A DNA stretch of 64,000 bases from Phoronis australis (Eukaryota; Animalia; Phoronida), in assembly GCA_002633005.1 (NCBI GenBank), contig NMRA01000776.1, positions 56,948-120,947 on the forward strand, in the 5' to 3' direction. Under the pieces are notes generated by a model, which searched no databases, was not told the DNA's origin, and worked only from the letters and a program-made list of their open reading frames with translations. Of this stretch, positions 38,639 to 51,060 are shown in pieces (position 1 is the stretch's first letter; every line of letters begins with the position of its first letter). A program made the translations under genes and the position numbers.

Positions 38639-39474
38639 TGCCTTAATTTGTATGAGCCGGCGATTGGGACTTTGATTGTCAATAACATGTGGTGCTCCAA
38701 CATCTCGACTTGGACAGTGGACAAAATATGCAGCTGGACCACTCACGCAAATGACGCCAAATATTTATGTCAAAATAAAGTATCCCATGATTTGTTTTTT
38801 TTTAAATTTTGCTGCGAGACCAACTGTACCGTTTTATGAACCCAGGCGTATCGTTTAGTTGTGAACATACCTAGAGTCGCCGTGAACAAAATGGTTGTGC
38901 TCGTATGCGCCACCAATAGGCGACGCGAACATTTGTTTGATTTGCTTAAAATGCTTATAGCTGCGTTACGGGTTTAAGGCTTCGCTTAAATTTCCTAACC
39001 AAATCGTCTCGAAGTAGGCCCCTAGTTAAATTTGCACTTCCCAATATAGAATACAGTATGAGTTTTAGTTCACGTCATCTGTGTTATATTCTTTCCCGGT
39101 GGTTAAAGTAATTTATTCTTAATTGTTTTATTTTACTTTAACGACTTTGTCATTTTTCAAGCCACTGAACTGAAGTTCAGTGTCATTGGCATGTGGAACG
39201 CCGACGTCACGACCAGTGACGGTGGACCAAAGGTGACGCTGCAGGTTCATTTTCATCACAGGCACTAGAGTCGAAAGGTGTGGTTCCGTTCAGATATAAA
39301 CGTTAAGAAATATTTACATTTCGATTTAATTCACAAAAATTTTAAAGTCTAGAGTGCATGCCACCTATTGGTCACATCACGTGACCTAAGTGGACATAAG
39401 TTGGAGTGCAGACCAGATTTAAAATGCGGTGATTCACACCTGTATACATGTATTTCCACGCCGGTTCAAAATTT

Positions 39475-39495
39475 ACACACACGCACGCACACACA

Positions 39496-39531
<36 letters not shown>

Positions 39532-39557
39532 CTCACACGCAAACACACACACACACA
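39475..39557. repeat. (CACG)n/(CA)n compound microsatellite
   Basis: Seen directly. Confidence 0.95.
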
Positions 39558-40069
39558 TATAGGCCCATATGTACACTTTGTTTTAATGTTTTGAATCATC
39601 CTTTTGCTTTCCAAACCAACTTTCTTGTAATTAATGTACGGTAATTTACACTTCATTAGTGCATTTTTAGTTTCCAGTTCATGACTGAGGTAAGAGTCCT
39701 TTTGTAAGGTTCTGTTTTCTGAAAGTGGAAGCGCTGTGGAATTTGATTTTCTTCTTTTCACCAACCCGAGATTATTTCGTCCACATGACCATGTCTTTAA
39801 AAAGCAGTAAAAATTAAAGGTACATTCATATTAAAACAGTTCTATGAACAACAAGATCGAATTTCGATAAAAATGTTCAAGACGAGATCTCAATAACGCT
39901 GTTATTTTTTCTAAAATATAATCATTTAATTTTGTAACAGTGTTTAAAGCATAGTATAAATTTGAAATCCATCCATTTTCAAGATACGATGCTACAACGT
40001 TAACCCTATTTTGACGTAGCCTTAGGCTTTTAAATAACGTGATCACGCAGTTCCCTGACGTCGCAACCA

Positions 40070-40192
40070 CATGGAGTGTGGGGCTAAAGCCCCCCAGCCC
40101 CCTTGTGTTGCGCCGCCTAGACCATGGGCGGCGCAGCAGTAAAAAAGTGGGGCTATAGCCCCCCCCCCATCCCCCTATGGTGCGCCGCCCAT
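40070..40192 (+). mobile_element. Dimer of a short GC-rich MITE; inverted copy at 48866-49006, related monomer at about 8871-8943
   Basis: catgggcggcgcagca...gggctatagccccc...ggtgcgccgcccat; the same tagacc spacer is present in both dimers. Confidence 0.65.
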
Positions 40193-41581
40193 AAACCAGT
40201 GACCGCTATAGAAACGGTAAGAAACCGGAAGTTGCCACTTAACTGAACAACGGGTTTGTACTAGTATGCCACCATTGAAATTTGACTCGAAATTGGGTCA
40301 GGTGTGATGGAACAAATGTGGATGAAATGGCGCGTGATGAGACGGCGTTCAGTGGTTACTTCAAAATCTCATTGGTAAAAACAATTAAATTTTGTGTGTA
40401 TGAAAATACTGATGGAATAAAACCCTATACAATAAACACGAACAAAAACGAAGTCAGTAATACAGTCACGTGATCAGTGAAGTTTTCCACTTTCACAGCT
40501 TCGTCGCTTTATCTTTCATTACTGTATTCGTCGATTCACATTCCACAAAACAAAATACACAATTCAGGTGACATGATATATTCCATGTCGAGGGTTAATG
40601 TTGCACAATATGAATTGCTTTTTCTATTTGAGCGACTTTTCTATAATGTCTAACCTCTGGACTTGATTTATTTGTTTGTCTATCAAGGGGACTTCGACGC
40701 GTATTTTCCCGTTGTAAACGGCCCAATTTTACATACCTTTCTCCTCACGGCATGTTACACACAAACTACACATGATCTGCACGCATGAGTCACTGACGTA
40801 AACGCCCGTAAGCATACATTTTTTAACATTGGTTACTTTTGGGTGCATTAAAGTTCTACTCGTTTTTGTCAGAATTGATTGAACACACGACACTTTTCGT
40901 TGTTGACAGTCTTTATTCGTTATTGTCAACCTATTGTCCTTTTTCCTGGATCCCCGTCTCGTTAGCCCATATTGCCTTGAATCTGAAATCAAAGTAACCG
41001 AATGCAATTTAAAGTGTGAATAACATGAGGAACCGGCATTTAGACATGTTAAATGTAATTTTGTGTACACATCCTTGTTTGTTTTATTCCACACAACCAA
41101 TAATTAAATACAATTAACGGGAGTACGAACAACGACATCTGACGTCTTTTCACGCTAAACACAATTGAGTATGACCAGCGCTGTGATTGGTTGTTCCCGA
41201 TTCTGCGTAGTATGTGTCGACCAATAAATGATGGCAACTCGATATTAGCTAATTAACTTAGTGTTTGCGGGTGTTCTAATTTGACAGGTGATTACTGTTG
41301 GGTTCGTTTGTTTTTTTTTTTTGGTGTTTTGACATGCAATGGGTGGTTTTAATGTCGCTGTAATACATCAGGTGGCGCTTTGCCGAATCAATTAACCAAG
41401 TGATAACCCCCATTTACCACCTGAATACATTAAAAATTGGAGGCCAATCTCCTTACTAAATTCAAGTTATAAACTATTATCAGCATGAATTGCACAAAGG
41501 ATAAAATCTGTTTTAAATAAGTTAATTCATCCTAATCAAACTGGGTTTCTCCCAGGTCGTTTTATCGGGGAGAACACCAGC

Positions 41582-42133
41582 GTGATTTATGACATCTTAC
41601 AATATACTCAAGTTAAGGATATTCCCGGACTTCTGGTTTTAATTGATTTTGAAAAAGCCTTTGATTCTGTGTCCTGGGGATTTCTTAAGAAAGCTCTACA
41701 CTATTTCAATTTTGGTGACGATGTTATTCGTTGGTTCACAATAATCAACGAAAATGTCCAACTTTCGGTCATTCAGTATCATGGGTTTTCGTCTAAGTAC
41801 TTTAACATTTGCCGAGGTTGCAGACAAAGGGATCCCCTTTCACCTTATATTTTTTTGTTGTGTGCCGAAATTATGGCATCTATGTTGAGGCAATGCGAGA
41901 ACGTTAAAGGCATAAAAGTAGGCTCTTTAGAGTATAAATTAATGCAATATGCAGACGACACAGTCATCTTTGTAGATGGTTCAGAGACCTCTTTAAAATC
42001 GTCACTTAACCTTCTTGATCAGTTTGCTAAGTATTCAGGTTTGACACCCAATATCGATAAAACTGTTTGTATATGGATTGGTTCTAAGATATGTTGTGGT
42101 GATAAGCTTTGCTGTGAAAAAGATTTTAAGTGA
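41582..42133 (+). pseudogene. LINE reverse transcriptase core fragment
   Basis: 183-aa ORF with DFEKAFDS, QxDPLSP and YADD. Confidence 0.92.
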
Positions 42134-43366
42134 GCAAGTTCCCAGTTCACATCTCTTGGAATTACCTTCTCTGTCAACTTACAGGACATGGTTCACTTAA
42201 ACTACGATGTAAAATTAAACGAGGTTAGAAAAGGCATTGGAAATTGGTCAAAAAGAAATTTACCTTTGGTAAGATAACGGTTGTTAAATCTTTTTTATTA
42301 CCAAAACTGATTCACCTCTTTTACACACTTCCTCTTCCAAGTGCTACTTTTTTAAGGACATTGAAAAAATATTTTTTAATTTTATAAGGGGTACCTCTTC
42401 TGATAGAATCTCTAGAAAAACCATGGTACAGAAATCTTAAGATGGAGGTGGGAATATGGTCCATATTGCGTCATTTGTCAAAGCTATTAAACTGACTTTG
42501 ATTCGAAGATGCTTCAAAAATTATTATAACAATACTTCTCCTTGGCTAAATATTTTATGTGAAATTATTCCTAATATAAAAAATGACTCTTTTCAGTTTA
42601 GGTTCTTGATTTTTCCTTAAGTATCTAACCGTTCCAAGAATATCTTTTGGAAGGATATTTTTATATCGTATACGAATTTATCAATCTGTGTGATATAGAT
42701 GACCCTTTGTACCAACCTTTGTGGTATAACCCGAAAATTTGCATAGACAGTAGTTCAATTTTTTGGAACGAGTGGTTTCAAAAGGGTATACGGTACGTAT
42801 AAGATTTAATTGACCTTGATAAAGGATATATTTATGATTATCATACCTTTTGTACACGTTTTCAATTTTGTTCTTGTATTACTCATTTTATGGAATTCGA
42901 AGTTCAATACTTCGTTCTTGGAATCGTCTAAGAGACAAGAGTACTATAGTCACTCCACTTTTTCCAGAACATATTTTTCGAATCTCCTCGGAAAATAAAG
43001 GGGCGGGGAAAATCTATGAATTATCCATTTCCAAATTGTATGTAAAACCTGTCGCAGAATTGAAGTGGGAGAGAGAAATTAACTTATGCGATGGTACTCA
43101 ATCTTGGAAAAAAAATCATTCTGTAATTTATCATTATACTTCCAATGTCAGACTCAGATGGTTTCTATTCCGTATCAACAACAGACTTATTGGTACAAAC
43201 TCTTATTTAAAGAAAATAGGTGTTAGTGAATCGTCTTTATGTTCTTTCTGTGAGCAACATGAAGAAACAACTCTACATTTGTATTGGGAATGTTCGCTTG
43301 TTCAGAAGTTTTGGGGATGTTTAAAAACATAAATGATAAATCAGTGCAATTTCCCTCTGCAGTTAA

Positions 43367-46300
43367 GTATCAGTCCACGGATCCACCGACCACAGTACAG
43401 CCAACAAGCGGCAAGGTGGGGGGTCAACCATTCAGATCCGTGTTTAGTCTGATAAATCACATTAGGGATGAGAGAAAATGGGTGAAGTATGACACCACAA
43501 AGTTTGGTGGTTTAGGAGATACAAGGGAAGTGTTCTGGGGGGCAAAATGAGGCAATTTCTGGGTGTGGAATGAGTCATTTTTGACCAAATTTTCTACTCC
43601 AGTTTCTGCTTCAAACAGAATCGTTTCTGAACAATTTTGATATCACATGATAGGTTCATGATCAATGTCAATAAAAACGGCACCGACACTGCAATATCGG
43701 TTACCATGGTAACACTGGAACTGTTTCCGTGGAGGTACGTTTCCGTCTTGTGAAAAACCAGCAGTAAGCTGTACCCTTATAGCGAAGCTGCCCCCACGAG
43801 AAAACTAAAAATAATAACATGAACATGTAGAAGACTCCATGCCCTTGAAATTAATACAATAAAAACTTTGTCAGCCCTTCAGGCAGGCTTGGTAATAGGT
43901 GTCTGAATTTCACTATTTTCAGACCGCGTATGTGTATTTGTCATGTTAAACCAGTCACTAGTTGTGCGCCGTTTCTACGCATTAATATGCCGTGGTATAA
44001 TACAACAATTAAAACAATTGGTTTGCTTAAATGTTTTTAATTAATTTTAAGGACACTAGCATTTCCCAATAAAATATGAAATTATACTAAATTTGTTCAT
44101 CCAATTCGTCTGAATACCAAACTAAAGCTTACAATGCGTTAGTTGAATGATGGCTGACCTAAAGTGCGGGTTTGCGAATTTATCTATTTATCTGGCACTG
44201 CCAGTCGCATCGAATGTGGTATTTCTACAAATTGCGGAGAGAAACAACTTTGGAAACTCTAGGGAAATGCACAAGGTATAGAGCGAGACATTTGAGCACC
44301 TTATAAGAGTACGTGGAGCTGATGTGGAGGTGGAACGTGTCCTCCTGAGTAGTCTGTCTCAGTGTCTGCCTCGGAGGCACTGTGTGCAGCAGGAGCTACA
44401 TAATCTACCGTATTAGGTTCACTTGCCCGAATCATCGTTACAACACTCGAGATATGTTGGCGTCGCCAAAGACACTTAGAACATTCACTGCACACTAGAG
44501 GAGAAATCTGATAGAGGTCTGAAAAATTACCAAAGACGTTTAAAGTCAAGGTTCAACGTCCTGCTTCGTGTGAGCTCAGGTAGGAATCACTAAACTCCAG
44601 GGTCTGACCCTGAGGAATATTTTTAGAAGCCCGTCATTCATGCAAAAATACTTTTATTGACACACCGTGATTGCTTATAACTTGGGCCTTATTGCTTAAT
44701 CATATCTTATTCAAATGTGTTGATGTTTATGCAACTACATGTATACATTGGCATAGAAAATAGGTAGTCATCATAACTTTTCATAACAACCACCAAATGT
44801 GTAACATGACTTCTGCCCATGAACTACTTTTAGAGACTAGGGAGTATGTTTTGTCTTCCAATGATTTTCTGCGATTATGAAGTTAATTAAACATGCTAAA
44901 GCCGTCAAAAATATTGGTGCCTTCACTTTAGCTTGGTATTCATATTTTGTGAGCCGAAATGGCCACATTAAATTTAATATGTTTAATTTTTCATTAATAC
45001 AATTTTAGGAATCAGGAAAGGCTTATGCTGAAGAAGTGGCTTCTGCTGAAGTTGGAGACTTGCCGATTATTAGTAAAGGTTGGGTATGGAAAAGTTCACA
45101 ACCAGCAAGAAGGTACCCTTCTGGACAACTAAGTGAGGGGGCTAGAGAGAGGCCGAAAAGTCTACTCCCAGAAGATATGTCAAAGAGAATTTGTAGCTTG
45201 AGGAACGAGTTGGGGAAAAAGTATTTGCCAAAGATTACTGGCTTATACCACAACAGGTCCAAAGTAATTTGTTGAGATAGGCCACTTTCAGCAAATGTGG
45301 GGAAACTGGGACAGAGGAAGTGGAGTATGCATAGAAAGAGGCAATCTGCGATTGTCAAGGATGTAGCATTGTAAAAATTCAAAGGGAGGAAACAGTACAG
45401 TGGCTGGACCTGTAAATACTCTGGCTGATCTGCTAAATCCAGTGGGGGCATTATTGTATCAGCACAGCTGTGTAGGGAAGTAGGCTTGTGTGTTGTCGCA
45501 AGCTTTGTTTGCACCAGAACTGCTTGTGTGAACAGCACAAATCTAAAATTTACCTAGTCTAAGACTGAATTTTTGTCCAGGCACGGATTATGATCCTGGG
45601 CCACATGGTAATGGTACATTGTTCATTTTGTTTAGCCACTGGATTTTTTGGTCTGACAGGATTTCTCAGTGTCGCCATCACATTTAGATGATTTCTGACC
45701 ACTGTACTATTCCTTTTCCTTGAAGATGCGTAATTGATCTGAATTTATGTTTCCGCATTTTATTTACCATTATAGATTTTTGTTTGTAAATGGGTATATA
45801 TTACTGAAATTTGAGACCCTGTTGCAGTTAGGCTGGTTTTGTTAACTTATCTTTCTGCCTGGGTTGTAAACCCATATTCTGTCCAGGAGGTAATAAGTTT
45901 TGATTTAGACCATTTACCTCTATAAACTTTGCTCAGTTTGTTCCTTATCCAGATGGGAAGTGATTTCTGGAATTGTAGCGAATTGACAGTTTGCTATTCC
46001 TTGAGACCATGCTGTGTGTATAAAATCGCACACTATTAGTCTGGTCTCTAGCAATTGCATATTGCCAGATCTTTCAAAGTTCTGAAATTGCTCAAAAGTG
46101 ACCTGGAAGTAATACCTATTTCGTGATGGTAAAATATCTAAATCAAAAGTTGTTTTATGTGATTTTAGGCGAGTTTATGTCCACTTCAAATGATTTTTTG
46201 TTGCAGTACTGAAAAGTATTGGCACATTAGCTCTGGTGGCTCCTTGTTTTTTTGGCGAATTGACCATTTTATGGTTCCCATGGGTAATTTTGTTACTGGT

Positions 46301-48393
46301 CTAGTATGTATGTACATCTGTAATCGTAGGGCAATTGTAATGCAAACCATGTTGCAAAAGTATTTTTTCATGACCATTTCATTGTAAAATGCTGCCTAAT
46401 TGGAACCGACAAGCCAATTTTTCATTTTGTGGTGGTTAGTTTTGATAAGAACATTGATGTGGTAAATACAGCTACCTCAAGTTTGTGAAGAAGAGATTTC
46501 CAGTGTTGTCAGCGATATTGCGAAATCACTTTTTCGCAGTGAGACTACATCACCTTAAATGTAATTCCCTGACTTTATGAGCTTTGTGTGGTTGACTCTG
46601 TCCTGTAGCAATTAGAGTGTTGAAAAGATCTAGAAGGCAATTTTTTATTAGAGTCATAACATTTGCACTTTTGACTGTACAGTTATCTTTGCATTGTATT
46701 ACGAAAACATATTTTGTAGTACACAAGTCTCTGGTTGGTATTTTATATTTTTTCACAAGGAATATTTTCAACTTAGATGAGTTGTCTGTGAGGTAGGCAA
46801 TTTTCAAATAAGATAATGAATAAAATTGTCAAACATTGTTTTATTTTTTAGATGTGTGATCTTCCAATAAGTGATTACTTTTAAAAAACCTGTGCAGAAT
46901 TTGATTTTTACTCTTCATTTGAAGGAGAATAAATCCATAAACCTGCATTGTCTAGAAATTTTACTCAAACTACATATTACAGGGTTGGAGATTGGAATCT
47001 TAATACAACAGAGTCTGAACCCGTACCATGAGCAATACAACACAATACACGGATATAAAAATTTGGTGTTTAGGTTCCACGGAAAGGATTCGTGTGCGCG
47101 GTAATAGTTACTAAGGTGCGTGGTCATTGTTTGTGGATACTTTGGGATTCCTCTTCTGTGGTCATCCACGGGAAACCTGGTCGCATAGAGAACAATAGAT
47201 TAGCATCTTCATTGTTTCCGTTGTTATAATAAAGATATAATGACGAGCACTTATCGGCAACGGTCTGATGTACGCAAGGTTCTATATCCATGCGACCTGT
47301 GTTGTTACATCCAACAATGACACAACAAAGGAAAACAATGATAGGACCGATGGGCGAAAAACATGCGACGAGTTGCCATGGACAGTGGTGGAGTTTGTCT
47401 TGTCATTCGAATGTTTTTACAGAACTGCAAACCCGGTATTTCGTCAGGAAAATTTCTGCGGTCTTTTGTTTTAAGTCGTGGGAAAAATTGCGGTCATGCA
47501 ACCAAACTTATCCTTCATTTGATATTACAATGCATTGCATGAACATTTGATCAACAGAAAATCTGACTTGAATATGTGTGAAGAAATACCCATGAGGAAA
47601 TTGCAAAGTAAAACAACTGTAAATCAAAATAACCTACATTTGTCGAGTTCATGTCTAACCCTGTTCACTGTGGAGGACATAATCGGCTTTTTACAAAATG
47701 GAGCCATGTATGGTATTTAGGGGTACTATAGCCCTAAGTGATCAGTAGTAAAACGTTCAAAACATTCAGGAGGAACTAACTTGTTGCAAAATATCGAAAA
47801 ACATGAAGGACAATCGGATTTTACGGTGCTCACGCATCGATCTCAGATATATGAAAATTTCTCATTTTAGTACATTTGAGGTGCCAAAATATATAACTAA
47901 TAAACTGGCTGACAAAGTTTTTATTTTATGAAATGAAAGTAACATGTTTTGTCAACATTTTGGCTAAGTTTCATTCTCATAACAGTGGGGGCAGATTTGG
48001 TACAGCAGTGTACTGAACACAACCTCAAAATGGCATAACGGGGGGCAGTGTAGTAAAACTACTAAATGAGGGTGGTAAATCGGAATCGTGTTTCAAGACA
48101 TCTGTGTAACAATCTACAGGCACCACTAAACAATGCCAAGTGAATAATAAATCAATAGCTTTCATTCAAGGAAAAATATGAACAGTTAAAACTGGACAGT
48201 TTTTATACCGTGAAAACATGGCTGCGAAGCCGTAAAATGTGTTTGAGCCTATAACTTTAGAAAAACGCAATATTTTCAAGAAATATTTTACCGCTGTTTA
48301 TAGATCCCATAGGACTACCTATGTGCCAAATTTGGTGAAAATCGGTTGACCCCCACCTTGCCGCTCATGGTTGGTGCTCTCGTGGACTAGTAC
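43367..48393 (+). mobile_element. 5.0-kb TTAA-targeting DNA transposon, Sola3-like, internally deleted
   Basis: TTAA at 43363-43366 and 48394-48397; imperfect TIRs gta(tc/ct)agtccacg...agcggcaaggtggggg(g)tcaacc; removing the element and one TTAA restores the LINE frame CNFPLQLNMSSALFG; remnants TCPNHR..LEICWRR (~44440) and KGWVWK...FAKDYWLIPQQVQS (~45075-45270). Confidence 0.8.
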
Positions 48394-50754
48394 TTAAATA
48401 TGTCTTCCGCCTTGTTTGGAGACCCAGCCTGTAGATTAGAAGTTGTAAATTTAATTCATTGCTAAGCGAAATTTCATTTATGTAGACAAAGACTGCAAAA
48501 GACTAAGCCCAATTTTCAGTCATTTCTACGTGAGGTATGTGATTACTACAACCTGGAAAAATCATTTAAAATGATAAATTGGACCTTGAGAGATTCCAGG
48601 CAAGGTGGTCTTCTTTTTTGCCTAACTAGCTTTTATAGGGTCCGATAATGTTCGTAATTTGTTTGATGTACACTTAACTAGATTTCATATTGCTTCACAA
48701 CTATGTACTGATTGGTAGAATTAATAAATGTTTAAAAAAAACCCCATATACTGTATATTCCGACTGCTGGCCGATGTTACCATGATAGCTCGGCACCGAA
48801 TCAGTGGCAGAATCGTTATGGGAGCGCGGCAAATAGGGTCAGGGCTGCTCGATTACACTTAGCAGCCAGGCGCACCATAGGGGGCTGGGTGGGGAGCAAT
48901 AGCCCCCACTTTTTTTAGTGCTGCGCCGCCCACGGTCTATGGGCAGTGCAACACAGGGGGGCTGGGGTGCAATAGCCCCCACATTCACTGTGCTGCGCAG
49001 TCCATACACTAAGCGATAGTAATGCGTGTAGGTAGGTTGCGAACAACTGTGGTCGTCTTTCAAAGTCCTAATTTTGATGAACTCGAGGCTTATTTTTGAA
49101 ATTTGAGTATACGTGGCTAGGGCAATTTTCATATTTTAGTGTAACCGTGTCCTGTTCGCAGAGAATTGTCGAGTTAACATTGTATACGTAGTTGTGGATA
49201 GTTTTCAACACAATAAGAATCACTTACGTCTGCTACTGATTACCGCTGGTGAGGAAGCCGATGAAGCAAGTGACGAACACACCGTATTAAGCACTGAGGA
49301 TTTCACCATCTGATGAACTTGCTCTGGCGGCGTCCGTTTTCAAGGCTGTCGTAATGAATAAGACAGGTTTCGTATAGTTATTATCATAGACGAAAAACGA
49401 CGAATTCGGTTTAGTACACTTTGATCTGCATTTTAACGAATCGTTGAGCCTAGCAAAAGAATAATTTGCAAATAGCGTTATCAAGGACTGTCAAAGGTTT
49501 TTGATCCAAAATCGTGCCGATGATTTTAAATCGTGAGTACACCATACCATCGGGCGCGAAAAGAATGTATTTTGGAAAAAGCTCAATGATTACTTTTATC
49601 ACGGAACTCTAACCCTGGAATGCCAACTTCGATCTTGCGTTGGCTAAGGTTGCGCCACACATGCGCGGCATTCAGTTTGTTTGCATCTGTTTGTTCCGGT
49701 GTTGGTTATTCCTATGGAATTTACTGCCACTAAAACTTTTCGCCGAAAACTCCGCCGTTTTTCAATCGAATCGCATAAGAGGCATATTATTAGAATGTCC
49801 TTCATCTGTTGATTCATAAATAATCATCATTTCGCTTTCCTGACAGATTTGAAAAATATTTTTGTTACCAGAATGCGAAAATGAACAGGGTGTAATAGGA
49901 ACATATAAAAAGGAAATGGACCAGAGAGGTTATACAAGCATAAATTACTAATTAAACAAGCAGAGAAGTAATTTCAATGATTCAAAAGACTTCTTCACTA
50001 TCAGGACAAAGATTTAACATTGCATAAATGAACTATTACAGAAACAACTGAAAATGGTAATGATTTATGCAAACACAAAATTAAACACACACACTTACAT
50101 GTACTAGCTACTCAGATACGAGTAGTATTACCAACGTTACATGTACGTTCACACACCTGTTAGTAGGGCCTGAACTTTTCATCTATAATTGCAGAACAAA
50201 CTCTCAGAAACCAAAATTCACTTTTCCGTAAGCTGCTGTAACACGTTTCTAGTACCCAGAAACTCCAAGCGTGAAATAATATTCGACAAGATGTAGCAAG
50301 TTGTTCTAGGACTGGTCATGAAAGGATATCAATCCGTTCCAAACGCCGTAACTCCATTCAAAAGTCTATTAAATGCAAGCCGTTACATGCTTGTAAGTCA
50401 CTGTAATCAACAATACTTTTGTCCCAAGTGGCCCTCTTCTCAGCCATATTGGAAGACATCTTGAAAACCAACATGTCTGTACTATCTTTCAGAGCTTGAT
50501 AGAAAGAGGCCGACACACAATTTAACAATGCTTTCTAATTAAATTGGGTACGAACAACACCTCTCTTGGATATGTTTTCAAAAGAAGTCGAAAAATCCAA
50601 CCCATTGTTAAGCTTTTTGCAAAGGAAACTGCAAGTCTTCATTAAGCACAGAACGACTACGTTGTACATGTACCTCTCTCCCGCTACAGCAGATGCCTCA
50701 CCTACTCCCCGGTAATTCACAGATTCTTTGTGGAGATTTCGCGGCAATAAATTG

Positions 50755-51060
50755 TCTAGGTAAAACGGGATTTTCTCGCTGTGATCCTGAAAATGATGTC
50801 AAGATTACCAAAATCTCTGAAGATGTTCCACCTGCACCACAGTGCAAAACATGAAGAAGTACATGAGCAGCTTCTTTCAGGAAATATCCGCTAAAACATG
50901 TTTTAGGTAAAAACGTAATTTTCTCGCTGTGACCTTGAAAATGATGTCAAGGTCACCATGTGCCTTGAGTGTCACCCTCAAGCCTTGGTATGGACGTACA
51001 AGCAAGAATTCTACTTTTTCATGGTGACCTTAGAAATGATATTTAGGTCAACAGAATCGA
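50755..51060. repeat. Three degenerate units of a gtgaccttgaaaatgatgtcaaggtcac interspersed repeat
   Basis: Units at about 50755, 50905 and 51015, each with an internal palindrome (gtgaccttga/tcaaggtcac). Confidence 0.65.

Larger units (their letters stand above)
41418..48741 (+). mobile_element. 5'-truncated L1/Tx1-clade LINE ORF2 remnant, split by an insertion at 43367-48393
   Basis: KNWRPISLLN, QTGFLPGRFIGEN, IDFEKAFDSV, RGCRQRDPLSP, QYADD, CSFC...ETTLHLYWEC zinc knuckle; C-terminus resumes at 48398, AATAAA at 48723, A-run to 48741; stops and frameshifts. Confidence 0.93.

Noticed and set aside
39368-39764. ORFs with HARTHART / VCVRAC repeats
   Set aside because: Translations of the (CACG)n/(CA)n microsatellite
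43284-43550. Repeated ORF (also 63657-63848) as a small gene family
   Set aside because: It is the terminal sequence of the transposon read through from unrelated flanks
45023-45270. Distal half of the 171-aa minus ORF as a separate gene
   Set aside because: Overlaps the plus-strand transposase C-terminal remnant and has no recognisable motif
40070-49006. Inverted MITE dimers as TIRs of a 9-kb composite transposon
   Set aside because: No matching TSD outside them and no similarity extending inward; the family is also present at about 8900
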